A stretch of 50,535 bases of DNA, taken from contig JAJYXK010000007.1 in the NCBI GenBank assembly GCA_021801825.1, positions 90,509 through 141,043 of the forward strand, read 5' to 3'. Under the pieces are notes generated by a model. That model saw only the letters and a list, made by a program, of their open reading frames with translations, was not told the DNA's origin and ran no database searches. This stretch comes from a bacterium. GTDB taxonomy: Bacteria; Patescibacteriota; Minisyncoccia; UBA6257; JAGOQP01. Both the position numbers and the translations under genes were made by a program. Below are positions 35,310 to 43,367 of this stretch, in pieces (position 1 is the first letter of the stretch; the number at the start of each line of letters is the position of its first letter).

Positions 35310-35329
35310 AAAAAAATTCAAAAAATGTC

Positions 35330-35806
35330 ATGGAAAATGATTCATACATGAAGGCAAGCATAGAAATTCCGAAAGGCGACAATAGAAGAAGGCACATAAA
35401 ATACGACAAATCTGGGTTCATTGATCTTGGTCCTACTAAAGATGTAATTCCAGTTAATGATGGAGTGATGCCAGTTCATTATGGATTTATTCCTGGGACA
35501 CTAAATGAAAAAGAAGGAGATGAAATTGATGTGTTGGTTTTGTCGGATAAGATGCTAAAAATTGGAGAAGAAATTTTAATTGAACCAATAGCATTAATAA
35601 GACGCGCAGATGGTGATGATAAAATAGTTGCTATTGATGAGACCATTAAGTCAATTAATCAATGGGGTGATATAGAGAAAAGTGAGAGAAATTTAATTGA
35701 AAATTTTTTCAGCTATCATTACAGGTTCTTATCTATTGAGAATGTTGATTCTGCAAAAGAGTATATTGAGAGGGGACAGAAGGCATTTTTGTTAGCACAA
35801 AAATAA
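35330..35806 (+). CDS. ppa: family I inorganic pyrophosphatase
   Basis: IEIPKGDNRRRHIKYDK ... HYGFIPGTL..EGDEIDVLVL ... DGDDKIVA. The start is ambiguous (35300 lies inside the repeat element, or 35330, or 35348). Confidence 0.88.
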   Translation: MENDSYMKASIEIPKGDNRRRHIKYDKSGFIDLGPTKDVIPVNDGVMPVHYGFIPGTLNEKEGDEIDVLVLSDKMLKIGEEILIEPIALIRRADGDDKIVAIDETIKSINQWGDIEKSERNLIENFFSYHYRFLSIENVDSAKEYIERGQKAFLLAQK

Positions 35807-35825
35807 ATAGATAGAATCCTTTATT

Positions 35826-36176
35826 ATGAAACGTGAAATTATAACTTTGTGTGGGAGTACAAGATTTAAAGATCAATTTATAGAAGTTGAAAGAAAGCTG
35901 ACTATAGAAGGTAAAATTCCTTTACCGCCTGCTTTTTATGGAAAAGCTGAGGGGATAGAATATTCTTCTGAGATAGAAAAACATCTTTGGGAATTACACA
36001 TAGACAAAATAGATATATCTGACGGAATTTATGTGATAGATCCCGGGGGATATGTGGGTGGATCAACGCAAAAAGAAATAAATTACGCAAAGAATAACGG
36101 AAAAACCATTAGATTCTATTCTAAAGAGATAGAGAATATTGATGTACCATTAGTTGCAAAAAAGAATGACTCTTGA
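35826..36176 (+). CDS. nucleoside 2-deoxyribosyltransferase-like small protein (tentative)
   Basis: 116 aa. ITLCGSTRF near the N-terminus and GGYVGGSTQKEINYAKNNGKTI near the C-terminus resemble the NDT-like Rossmann family. By-eye only. Confidence 0.5.
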   Translation: MKREIITLCGSTRFKDQFIEVERKLTIEGKIPLPPAFYGKAEGIEYSSEIEKHLWELHIDKIDISDGIYVIDPGGYVGGSTQKEINYAKNNGKTIRFYSKEIENIDVPLVAKKNDS

Positions 36177-36227
36177 CCTACTCTCACTTTATATGATATG
36201 TTCACTTCGGTCTTATCTTGTTCAGGG

Positions 36228-36266
36228 ATAAAGATTGTCCACCATCATAGACAATCTTTATTTTTG
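36228..36266 (+). terminator. intrinsic terminator
   Basis: ataaagattgtc-caccatcata-gacaatctttat followed by tttt. Confidence 0.75.
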
Positions 36267-36319
36267 AAATTAAAACCACATAGTTCATTAACAACCATCA
36301 TTCATATAGGGGATTTCTT

Positions 36320-36592
36320 ATGAAGAAAAGAATGACACACCTTTCTCGATCAGTGGGAAGTTTTTTTGCAATTTTCCTTTCTGGTTTTTTTATGATATGG
36401 ATCATCACCGCGTCCTTTTTATTTGCTTTTTTCTCGCAGGAGCATTCAACGATATTCTTGTTAAAGATTTCTTTTCCACTTGTCACATCTGTTTTTGGAA
36501 TAGGAATGATTTTTTCAAGACATATACGCGAAGAATTTGTTAGATTGGCAAAATTCGCATTTCGATCCAGAACCCACCTTCTGAGTGAATAG
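36320..36592 (+). CDS. small polytopic membrane protein, hypothetical
   Basis: 90 aa with two to three hydrophobic helices. Preceded by aggggatttctt and followed by a + strand terminator, which favours this ORF over the overlapping antisense ORF. Confidence 0.5.
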   Translation: MKKRMTHLSRSVGSFFAIFLSGFFMIWIITASFLFAFFSQEHSTIFLLKISFPLVTSVFGIGMIFSRHIREEFVRLAKFAFRSRTHLLSE

Positions 36593-36607
36593 GGGATAAC
36601 CCTATTC

Positions 36608-36632
36608 AAGCCGCCATTTGAGCGGCTTTTTT
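36608..36632 (+). terminator. intrinsic terminator
   Basis: aagccgc-catttga-gcggctt followed by tttt. Confidence 0.7.
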
Positions 36633-36645
36633 CTACATTGGAAAC

Positions 36646-36675
36646 TTGACAAATATGCATATATTGTGGTATTAT
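36646..36675 (+). promoter_or_regulatory. sigma-70-type promoter with extended -10
   Basis: TTGACA (36646-51), 18-nt spacer, TGgTATTAT (36667-75). Confidence 0.55.
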
Positions 36676-36751
36676 ATTGTTAGAAATCTAAAAAAACTTT
36701 TTCTCAAAAAAGTAAAAATTAATTAAAATCATAAAAAAAGAGAGGTAAAAA

Positions 36752-37603
36752 ATGAAAAAGTTATTTACTTTTTCGCTATTGTTGTTGTTTGTAATACCAA
36801 TATTTGGACAGGATTTGCAATATGTTTTTTCAACCTTATCCGGCAGGCCTCAAATAATAAACCAGAGAATGTCTGGTGGTACTGATGGATTATACTATCG
36901 CCGCGTTGGCTTTACTGGAAATGCCGAAAGCAATGGACTTGGTAAGTTTGTTGCGGATGCAGAATTCAGCATAAAGCCGGTAAATATTCCAGCGAACACA
37001 TATATTTCGTTGGATATTAAATGGCCGTTTCAGATAGCGCCGGGGATAACCTTTTCTCTTATAGCACTTAATTCCTCGGGGACACAAGTTTCCTCAAAAA
37101 CAATCTCAGTCGGTAATAACGCATCAAGTTGGACAACAATATCGCTTGATCCCGTTACCGAAGTAATAACGGAGCTGCGGATTGTTATGAGTTCTTCTCA
37201 GCAGACATCAACATTTTTTGCCGCGGTTGAATTCGGAATGGATAATTTGAAATACAATTTTGCATCTCAGAATCCGGTCTCAATCTACTCATTCGAAAAT
37301 GAAGTTGTGACCGCAGTAGAGAAAACAGCATCCATACCGACAGCATTTAGGCTGGAACAGAACTATCCGAATCCATTTAATCCGACGACCACGATCAAAT
37401 TTCATATTCCATCTGCCGGCCATGTATCATTAAAAGTATATGACATTAATGGTAAGGAAATAGCTACTCTTACGGATCAGTATGTCCCCGCGGGGAACTC
37501 TTTGGTAGAAATAGACGCATCCAATCTTGCAAGCGGGATTTATTTCTATCGCTTACAAGCGGGGAACTTTACTGCTACAAAGAAAATGATTTTAATGAAA
37601 TAA
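36752..37603 (+). CDS. secreted protein with T9SS type A C-terminal sorting domain
   Basis: Signal peptide MKKLFTFSLLLLFVIPIFGQD. The last ~80 aa (LEQNYPNPFNPTTTIKFHIPSAGHVSLKVYDINGKEIATL...SGIYFYRLQAGNFTATKKMILMK) match the Por secretion tail pattern (TIGR04183). Confidence 0.85.
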   Translation: MKKLFTFSLLLLFVIPIFGQDLQYVFSTLSGRPQIINQRMSGGTDGLYYRRVGFTGNAESNGLGKFVADAEFSIKPVNIPANTYISLDIKWPFQIAPGITFSLIALNSSGTQVSSKTISVGNNASSWTTISLDPVTEVITELRIVMSSSQQTSTFFAAVEFGMDNLKYNFASQNPVSIYSFENEVVTAVEKTASIPTAFRLEQNYPNPFNPTTTIKFHIPSAGHVSLKVYDINGKEIATLTDQYVPAGNSLVEIDASNLASGIYFYRLQAGNFTATKKMILMK

Positions 37604-37636
37604 CGCAGGTCCTTGCCGAGGGACACAATGTTCGGC

Positions 37637-37663
37637 ACCCACCCTTTAGAGGTGGGTTTTTTG
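37637..37663 (+). terminator. intrinsic terminator
   Basis: acccacc-ctttaga-ggtgggt followed by tttttg. Confidence 0.75.
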
Positions 37664-37709
37664 TTTTATTATCTTTTTATATTGTGTATAATATATCTAT
37701 AATAAAATT

Positions 37710-38150
37710 ATGTTTATGCGTACTATATCAAAAGGATGGATGGGGGCATTAGTAGCTCTTGCCATCGTTATTATTATTGTCGTTGTATTATGGATTTTGG
37801 GAGTGTTTTCATCGTCATATTATGCGGTGTATCTCAATACCGGAGACCTCTACTTTGGTTCGTTATCTCCATTTTCTTCAACCCTAACCAATGTGTGGTA
37901 TATCCAAAAGGATGCGCAGACCCAACAGTTTGCGCTCGGTGATTTCTCAAAAGTAGTGTGGGGATCTTCGGGGAATTTAGAAATAAATTCTGATGCGGTT
38001 ATCTGGAAGACAAAATTGGCAAAGGATAGCAAGATAATTCCTGTTATCAAGGGAGAGAACCCTACTCCACAATCAGAAGGAATTACTCAACAGGCGCCTG
38101 CGCAGAATCAAGTATCACAACCAAGCGCAAGCACTACAAAAAAGGAATAG
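37710..38150 (+). CDS. single-pass membrane protein, hypothetical
   Basis: 146 aa. TM GALVALAIVIIIVVVLWILGV, small extracytoplasmic domain and a Gln/Pro-rich tail. Confidence 0.55.
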   Translation: MFMRTISKGWMGALVALAIVIIIVVVLWILGVFSSSYYAVYLNTGDLYFGSLSPFSSTLTNVWYIQKDAQTQQFALGDFSKVVWGSSGNLEINSDAVIWKTKLAKDSKIIPVIKGENPTPQSEGITQQAPAQNQVSQPSASTTKKE

Positions 38151-38167
38151 GCAACTTATAAATAGTC

Positions 38168-38201
38168 AAAAAACCATCCCGATATACTGGGATGGTTTTT
38201 T
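38168..38201. terminator. bidirectional intrinsic terminator
   Basis: aaaaaaccatccc-gatatact-gggatggtttttt between convergent genes. It marks the 3' end of the minus-strand module. Confidence 0.8.
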
Positions 38202-38219
38202 GATAAGAATATATAGTGA

Positions 38220-38735
38220 TTATTGAATTACTATTTTCCCCAAGGATTTTACACCAGAAGGACATAAGGTTCCACACGCAATATCAAAATTTCCTGTTTT
38301 TGTCGCGTCTATATTAATATTGGCAACTTCGTTTTGTTGAATGGACGGGATGGCTAATCCGAGACTAGAAGAAATCACATCAATTGCTTTTGTGGTTTTA
38401 TTGGTGATATTTAGTTGAACCATACTTTCTTTATGAAGCACCAATTGAAAAGGATCTAAGCCCGCGGCTCCAAGGTTTATGTTATAGATATAGAAGGGGG
38501 TTCCTTTCGAATCCGCAACAAGTTCTTGAATCGGGGTAGTGTAGGTGAGTTCGGCCTCTTTCTGTTTTTGTGTATCTTCGGGGGGAGCGGCTATAGTTTT
38601 TTCATTCTGTGGTGCTACTACTTCGTTTTGTGATAACGAGGGAGGAATGGTGTCCTTTGGGGTCGCAAGTAATACTATTGCTAATACAATGATAATCAAT
38701 ACGCCCAAAATGTAGAAAAATATTTTTTTGTTCAT
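38220..38735 (-). CDS. membrane-anchored cupredoxin-like domain protein (paralogue 4)
   Basis: TM anchor, Pro/Gln-rich linker, then a ~90-aa beta-sandwich ending NFDIACGTLCPSGVKSLGKIVIQ. Same plan as 41678, 42230 and 42796. Confidence 0.65.
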   Translation of the reverse strand: MNKKIFFYILGVLIIIVLAIVLLATPKDTIPPSLSQNEVVAPQNEKTIAAPPEDTQKQKEAELTYTTPIQELVADSKGTPFYIYNINLGAAGLDPFQLVLHKESMVQLNITNKTTKAIDVISSSLGLAIPSIQQNEVANINIDATKTGNFDIACGTLCPSGVKSLGKIVIQ

Positions 38736-38741
38736 AGTGTG

Positions 38742-41222
38742 TTAATTACCAAAGAATCCTTGAGTACAGTATTTTATATCCGCGGTTTTATTTGTTGCCG
38801 TTGAACATAATTTATTACTTACATCAAGAGAAGGTAATTTAGTTTTTATGCCGTTTGTACAACTTGCATCAGTTGCGCCTCCTAAACTCGCGTCATTATT
38901 ATACGAATAGAAGAATAACGTGTATTGGGCGGGGCACTTTAATCCATTCGCTGATTGATAGAATGTTCCCGTTCCTGTTCCCGTTGCCACAAGAATACAG
39001 TTACTGGTTCCATCTGCATCACAGCGCACCACATAATATCCATCTCCTGTTGCCGAAGAGATGCTACCAGAGATAATTGGTTTTCCTTCATTGCGTGTGG
39101 TCTCTCCAGGTGCTGCAATGGCTCCCGTTGATAATGCGGTAGGCGCCGAAACGCAGTTGGTCACGCTACAAGATCCATATCCATAAGTTCCTGACCACGA
39201 ACCGTTTGAGAGACAGCTTTGGCTTTCATTGGTGCAAGTATTTCCGCATGTCACAGAAGAAGATTGATACATAGTTCTGGTACTTGCCGAAGGTGGAGAA
39301 GCAAGAGAATAGGTTCCGTTAAATAATCCACTAGATTGACATGTCTGCGTTTCACTTCCAGCTCCATATGTTCCGCATCCCGAAGTAAGCGCGGTGTACA
39401 TGGTTCTAGTACTTGCCGAAGGTGGTGATGACAAAGAATATGTTCCATTAAACAATCCATTGGATAAACATGTCTGTGTTTCACTATTAGCTCCATACGT
39501 TCCACACGCGCTCATCGCGGCGGCATACATTGTGCGAGTTGTTGCCGATGGGGGAGAGGAGAGACTATAGCTTCCATTCCATGTGCCGCTTGATTGACAC
39601 GTTTGAGTTTCGTTATTTGATCCATACGTTCCACAGGCGCTGGTTGCTGCGGCATACATAGTTCTGGTACTTGCCGAAGGTGGAGAAGCAAGAGAATAGG
39701 TGCCACTCCATGACCCACCAGAGAGACAAGATTGCGATTCACTATTTGATCCATACGTTCCACAGGCGCTGGTTGCTGCAGCGTACATGGTTCTAGTACT
39801 TGCTGAAGGTGGCGATGACAAAGAATAGGTTCCGTTAAATAATCCACTAGATTGACATGTCTGCGTTTCACTTCCAGCTCCATATGTTCCGCATCCCGAA
39901 GTAAGCGCGGCATACATAGTACGGGTGGTATTTGAAGGGGGAGAGGTGAGTGTATAACTTCCGCTCCACACTCCATTAGTTTGGCAAGTTTGTCCTTGGC
40001 TGGAATATCCATACGTACCACATGCAGAAGTGTTTGCTGCATACGCGGTGCGTGTTGAGGCGGTGCATGAAGAACTTGAATAACTTCCCGACCACCCAGT
40101 ACCGCTTGCATTACAGGTTTGTGTTTCGCTTGCGCATGCGGTTCCACAACCAACCGCCGAGCTCTGGTACATAGTACGCGTTGCTCCTGGGGTGCAAACG
40201 GCTCCACAGGTTCCGGCAGATATGCTTGTTGAATAATAACATGACCCTCCAGAACAGTATCCTCCAGAATAATAGGTAGTACTACTACAATAACTTCCAC
40301 ACGTTACCCCAGCGCAGGGATCAACCGTACAAGATGAATACGCATAGGTTCCTGACCAACTTCCATTTGATTGACACGTTTGAGTTTGACTAGGACACGA
40401 TGCGCCCGATGATACTGAGTACATGGTTCTAGTGCTTGCTGCTGGAGGAGAAGAAAGTGTATAGCTACCTGACCACCCAGTCCCACTACCATTACAATAT
40501 TGAGTTTCACTATCTGGGGCACTTCCACACGCTACTGAGAGTGAAGCGTAACGGGTACGCGTTGCTCCTGGGGTGCAAACGGCTCCACAGGTTCCGGCAG
40601 ATATGCTTGTTGAATAATAACATGACCCTCCAGAACAGTATCCTCCAGAATAATAGGTAGTACTACTACAATAACTTCCACACGTTACCCCAGCGCAGGG
40701 ATCAACCGTACAAGATGAATACGCATAGGTTCCTGACCAACTTCCATTTGATTGACACGTTTGAGTTTGACTAGGACACGATGCGCCCGATGATACTGAG
40801 TACATGGTTCTAGTGCTTGCCGAAGGCGGCGACGTTAAGGTGTAACTTCCGGACCATGACCCGCTGTTATAACAAATTTGATTTTCACTATACGCGCCAT
40901 AGGTTCCACAAGCACTTGTTGCTGCTGCATATGCAGTTCTAGATGAGGTGGTATAAGTGGTATCAGTATAAGTCCCTGACCACCCAGTTCCACTACCATT
41001 ACAATATTGAGTTTCACTCGTGCCACTGTATCCACAAGCGACTGACAGGGTTCTATATCGTACGCGGCTATCCCCTGGAGTGCACACCGCGCCACACGTT
41101 CCTGCGGTTATTGAAGAAGAGGAATATCCGCATCCTCCCCCAGAACAATATCCATTATATAAATAGGTGGTACCAGAACAAGAAGATGAAGGACAGGCCG
41201 ATCCTGCAGATCTATAACACAC
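38742..41222 (-). CDS. hyper-cysteine Ser/Gly/Thr/Tyr-rich tandem-repeat surface protein, downstream reading frame
   Basis: 826-aa ORF with no signal peptide of its own. It continues the YCSGGxCYYS module pattern of the ORF ending at 41212. It contains 43-aa repeats TRTMY..CGTYG..E(T/S)Q(T/S)C..G.(W/F).G.Y.L.SPPSAS. Confidence 0.75.
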   Translation of the reverse strand: MCYRSAGSACPSSSCSGTTYLYNGYCSGGGCGYSSSSITAGTCGAVCTPGDSRVRYRTLSVACGYSGTSETQYCNGSGTGWSGTYTDTTYTTSSRTAYAAATSACGTYGAYSENQICYNSGSWSGSYTLTSPPSASTRTMYSVSSGASCPSQTQTCQSNGSWSGTYAYSSCTVDPCAGVTCGSYCSSTTYYSGGYCSGGSCYYSTSISAGTCGAVCTPGATRTRYASLSVACGSAPDSETQYCNGSGTGWSGSYTLSSPPAASTRTMYSVSSGASCPSQTQTCQSNGSWSGTYAYSSCTVDPCAGVTCGSYCSSTTYYSGGYCSGGSCYYSTSISAGTCGAVCTPGATRTMYQSSAVGCGTACASETQTCNASGTGWSGSYSSSSCTASTRTAYAANTSACGTYGYSSQGQTCQTNGVWSGSYTLTSPPSNTTRTMYAALTSGCGTYGAGSETQTCQSSGLFNGTYSLSSPPSASTRTMYAAATSACGTYGSNSESQSCLSGGSWSGTYSLASPPSASTRTMYAAATSACGTYGSNNETQTCQSSGTWNGSYSLSSPPSATTRTMYAAAMSACGTYGANSETQTCLSNGLFNGTYSLSSPPSASTRTMYTALTSGCGTYGAGSETQTCQSSGLFNGTYSLASPPSASTRTMYQSSSVTCGNTCTNESQSCLSNGSWSGTYGYGSCSVTNCVSAPTALSTGAIAAPGETTRNEGKPIISGSISSATGDGYYVVRCDADGTSNCILVATGTGTGTFYQSANGLKCPAQYTLFFYSYNNDASLGGATDASCTNGIKTKLPSLDVSNKLCSTATNKTADIKYCTQGFFGN
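39153..40055 (-). repeat. array of seven 129-bp (43-codon) in-frame tandem repeats
   Basis: Units begin TRT(M/A)Y. Two non-adjacent units share an identical 89-bp stretch (39306-39394 = 39822-39910, 516 bp apart). Confidence 0.85.
40175..40820 (-). repeat. 265-bp direct duplication with 381-bp period
   Basis: 40175-40439 and 40556-40820 read identically by eye, and both encode TRTMYSVSSGASCPSQTQTC...CGAVCTPGATRT. Confidence 0.85.
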
Positions 41223-41658
41223 CGCCAGAACAATATGATCCTGGATACGGCGTCATGCCGCTACAAAATCCATTAGCGCAGTTATCAGTAGAATAATAAC
41301 AAACACCATTAGAACAATATCCACTATAATATGCGGTAGATCCCGAACAGTAAGCGTTACACGTTACTCCTACGCAGTTATTCCACCCACAAGTTGGAGA
41401 GTTATACTGTACTACATAAGAAAGACAAGGACCGGTACAATTTGTATCGTCAGGGGTATAGCCATATAGTGTGTATCCCGAACAATAATTTGCTCCTTGG
41501 CAACCACCAGTACAGTTATTCCACAACGCAGCGTTCGTTTTAGAAACTGGCCCCATAAAAAACGAGGCCAGCATCACAAGAGCAAAAAAGACGACCGTAA
41601 AATATATTTTGCGTGTTCTGAATATAGACTCAGCTCCACGCAAAAGATTTGGTGTCAT
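41212..41658 (-). CDS. signal-anchored N-terminal part of the hyper-cysteine repeat protein (upstream reading frame)
   Basis: 148 aa. TM/signal YFTVVFFALVMLASFFMGPVSKTNA, then Cys-rich modules (CVGVTCNAYCSGSTAYYSGYCSNGVCYYS). The stop at 41212-14 overlaps the next ORF by 11 nt in another frame. Confidence 0.75.
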   Translation of the reverse strand: MTPNLLRGAESIFRTRKIYFTVVFFALVMLASFFMGPVSKTNAALWNNCTGGCQGANYCSGYTLYGYTPDDTNCTGPCLSYVVQYNSPTCGWNNCVGVTCNAYCSGSTAYYSGYCSNGVCYYSTDNCANGFCSGMTPYPGSYCSGGVL

Positions 41659-41677
41659 ATGGGTAAATAATTATTTT

Positions 41678-42175
41678 TTATTTAACAATGATTTTTCCTG
41701 AAGTAGTCTTTCCCGCAGAATCCTTCACGGTAAAAGTGAATTCTCCCGAAGTATTTTTCTGAGCATCAAATGGAACAAGAGCCGCCTGTCCCTTTTTGAG
41801 AGTAAGATTCATTTCAATAGGAGCGGCAAATGATACGCTATATTCGGCGTCAACCGCAGAAAATGCCAATCGTGCAACATCTCCTTTTGCTACAGTAGTG
41901 TTAACGGGAGTTAGAGCTCCTTTTTCCATCTGTATTTCATAGATTTTCCCAGTATCTTTTACTTCTTTGAATGCTCCTCCAACTGGTCCACTGGTGGTGG
42001 TGCTACTGGTAGGAGGTAGGGCACTTTCTCCTGAGGGGTTGTTTATTTCGGAGTTTGGAGTTTGTGAAGACGGAGATATAAAAACAAACAATGCAATAAT
42101 GATAATAACAATAACTGCCACCACAATAGTAATTGTCTTTGTGGACTTTGTTGATCCGGTATTTTCGCCGTTCAT
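41678..42175 (-). CDS. membrane-anchored cupredoxin-like domain protein (paralogue 3, Cys-less)
   Basis: TM TITIVVAVIVIIIIALFVFI, Ser/Thr/Pro linker, then a beta-sandwich (VAKGDVARLAFSAVDAEYSVSF ... GEFTFTVKD ... GKIIVK). Confidence 0.65.
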   Translation of the reverse strand: MNGENTGSTKSTKTITIVVAVIVIIIIALFVFISPSSQTPNSEINNPSGESALPPTSSTTTSGPVGGAFKEVKDTGKIYEIQMEKGALTPVNTTVAKGDVARLAFSAVDAEYSVSFAAPIEMNLTLKKGQAALVPFDAQKNTSGEFTFTVKDSAGKTTSGKIIVK

Positions 42176-42229
42176 ATATTTTTTTATTTAGTATTAATTA
42201 TATTTATAAGTGTTATTTTACACCATTTG

Positions 42230-42769
42230 TCATTGGATAACCAGAGTTCCTTGTGGATGTTGTGGGGGGCAGAGTTTTTCACATACAAAAGTGTATATTC
42301 CCGGGGGAATAGAGCGCGCATCAAAACCAAATAGAGTGGATCCTCCTTTTGCTGCCGCAATATACGCGCCGATAGGGGGTGCTATAGCAAGATCATAATC
42401 ACCATCAACGGCGGTGAATTGAAGACGAATAGTATCGGTTTTGCGTACAACAAGCGTGGAAGGAGAAAATCCAGACGAGGATTCCTTAAGGTAAAACAAT
42501 TTTACTTTTCGCGTGTCTTCTTTTACGGTAGAGGGAAGCATCTCATCAGGGTTAGAGAAAACATAGTCAGATGAAGATGTGTTTTCTAGGGGAGTAAACG
42601 AAGGAGTAGAAGATGATATTTGATTTATTATTTGAGCGGATGAGTTTACCATTGTAATTTCGGTACTAATAGTTTTGGTTTTTTGTAAAAAATACCAAAC
42701 TATCAAAAGACACCCGATAAAGAGTACAAGCGCTACTAATACAAGATTTTTTTTACTTATGGAACGCAT
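42230..42769 (-). CDS. membrane-anchored cupredoxin-like domain protein (paralogue 2)
   Basis: Start at MRSISKK (42769) removes overlap with the upstream gene. VRKTDTIRLQFTAVDGDYDLAI ... GIYTFVCEKLCPPQHPQGTLVIQ. Confidence 0.65.
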   Translation of the reverse strand: MRSISKKNLVLVALVLFIGCLLIVWYFLQKTKTISTEITMVNSSAQIINQISSSTPSFTPLENTSSSDYVFSNPDEMLPSTVKEDTRKVKLFYLKESSSGFSPSTLVVRKTDTIRLQFTAVDGDYDLAIAPPIGAYIAAAKGGSTLFGFDARSIPPGIYTFVCEKLCPPQHPQGTLVIQ

Positions 42770-42795
42770 GTTTTTACGTAATACAAAATACAGAC

Positions 42796-43353
42796 CTAAG
42801 GCATTCTCTTGGGAGCAACGATAATATAACCAATCGCCTTTGATTGAACGCCGCCGCATAGTTCACAGAAGTAGGTAAATTTGCCGGTTGCTTGAGCTTG
42901 AAACTCAAGAACTTTTGTTTCTCCCTTCTGCGCAGTCTGTTTCATATTGTAGTCGGGGAATATAATGTCGTACGCTTTATCGGTAGCGGTGAAATTAATA
43001 TGAACCGTATCTCCACTGTATGCTGCTATCGTTGGGGGGGTGAAGGTGTTTTCTTTTGCGGTGATATCAAATACTCGCAGAGTTGCGGAAACTCCTGGCG
43101 CGGCGGGTATGGATACTTTTGGAATCGCGATATCTTTTGGGGTGTTTGTTGCGCTTGCGTTTTGATCGGGAACTACTATATCAGAAGGGACTTCGTCCCT
43201 GAGAGGAATTTCTTGTGAGGGAGAAATTTGCTTATTGGCCATAGATCCAATGACGACACCAATAATAATTGCAATAACAATGACGACAACTCCTCCTATC
43301 ATTAGATACGTAGTCTTATTATTATGAGAAGAAAATAATTCTTTGAGATGCAT
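42796..43353 (-). CDS. membrane-anchored cupredoxin-like domain protein (paralogue 1)
   Basis: FDITAKENTFTPPTIAAYSGDTVHINFTATDKAYDIIF ... KGETKVLEFQAQATGKFTYFCELCGG ... GYIIV follows the Cupredoxin_1 strand pattern. Confidence 0.7.
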   Translation of the reverse strand: MHLKELFSSHNNKTTYLMIGGVVVIVIAIIIGVVIGSMANKQISPSQEIPLRDEVPSDIVVPDQNASATNTPKDIAIPKVSIPAAPGVSATLRVFDITAKENTFTPPTIAAYSGDTVHINFTATDKAYDIIFPDYNMKQTAQKGETKVLEFQAQATGKFTYFCELCGGVQSKAIGYIIVAPKRMP

Positions 43354-43367
43354 ATGATTTTATAATT

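Noticed and set aside
36298-36660. 120-aa minus-strand ORF overlapping 36320-36592
   Set aside because: The + strand ORF gives clear TM helices and is followed by a + strand terminator (36608-32). The minus ORF would run through that terminator and the downstream promoter.
38742-41222. CRISPR-like or mobile-element interpretation of the repeats at 39.1-40.8 kb, and the alternative-frame ORFs 39251-39505, 39512-40300, 40304-40528 and 40835-41095
   Set aside because: The repeats are in-frame 129-bp and 381-bp coding units with no unique spacers. The extra ORFs are other frames of the same strand or antisense, kept open by the biased repeat composition, and they give implausible His/Pro/Leu-rich products.
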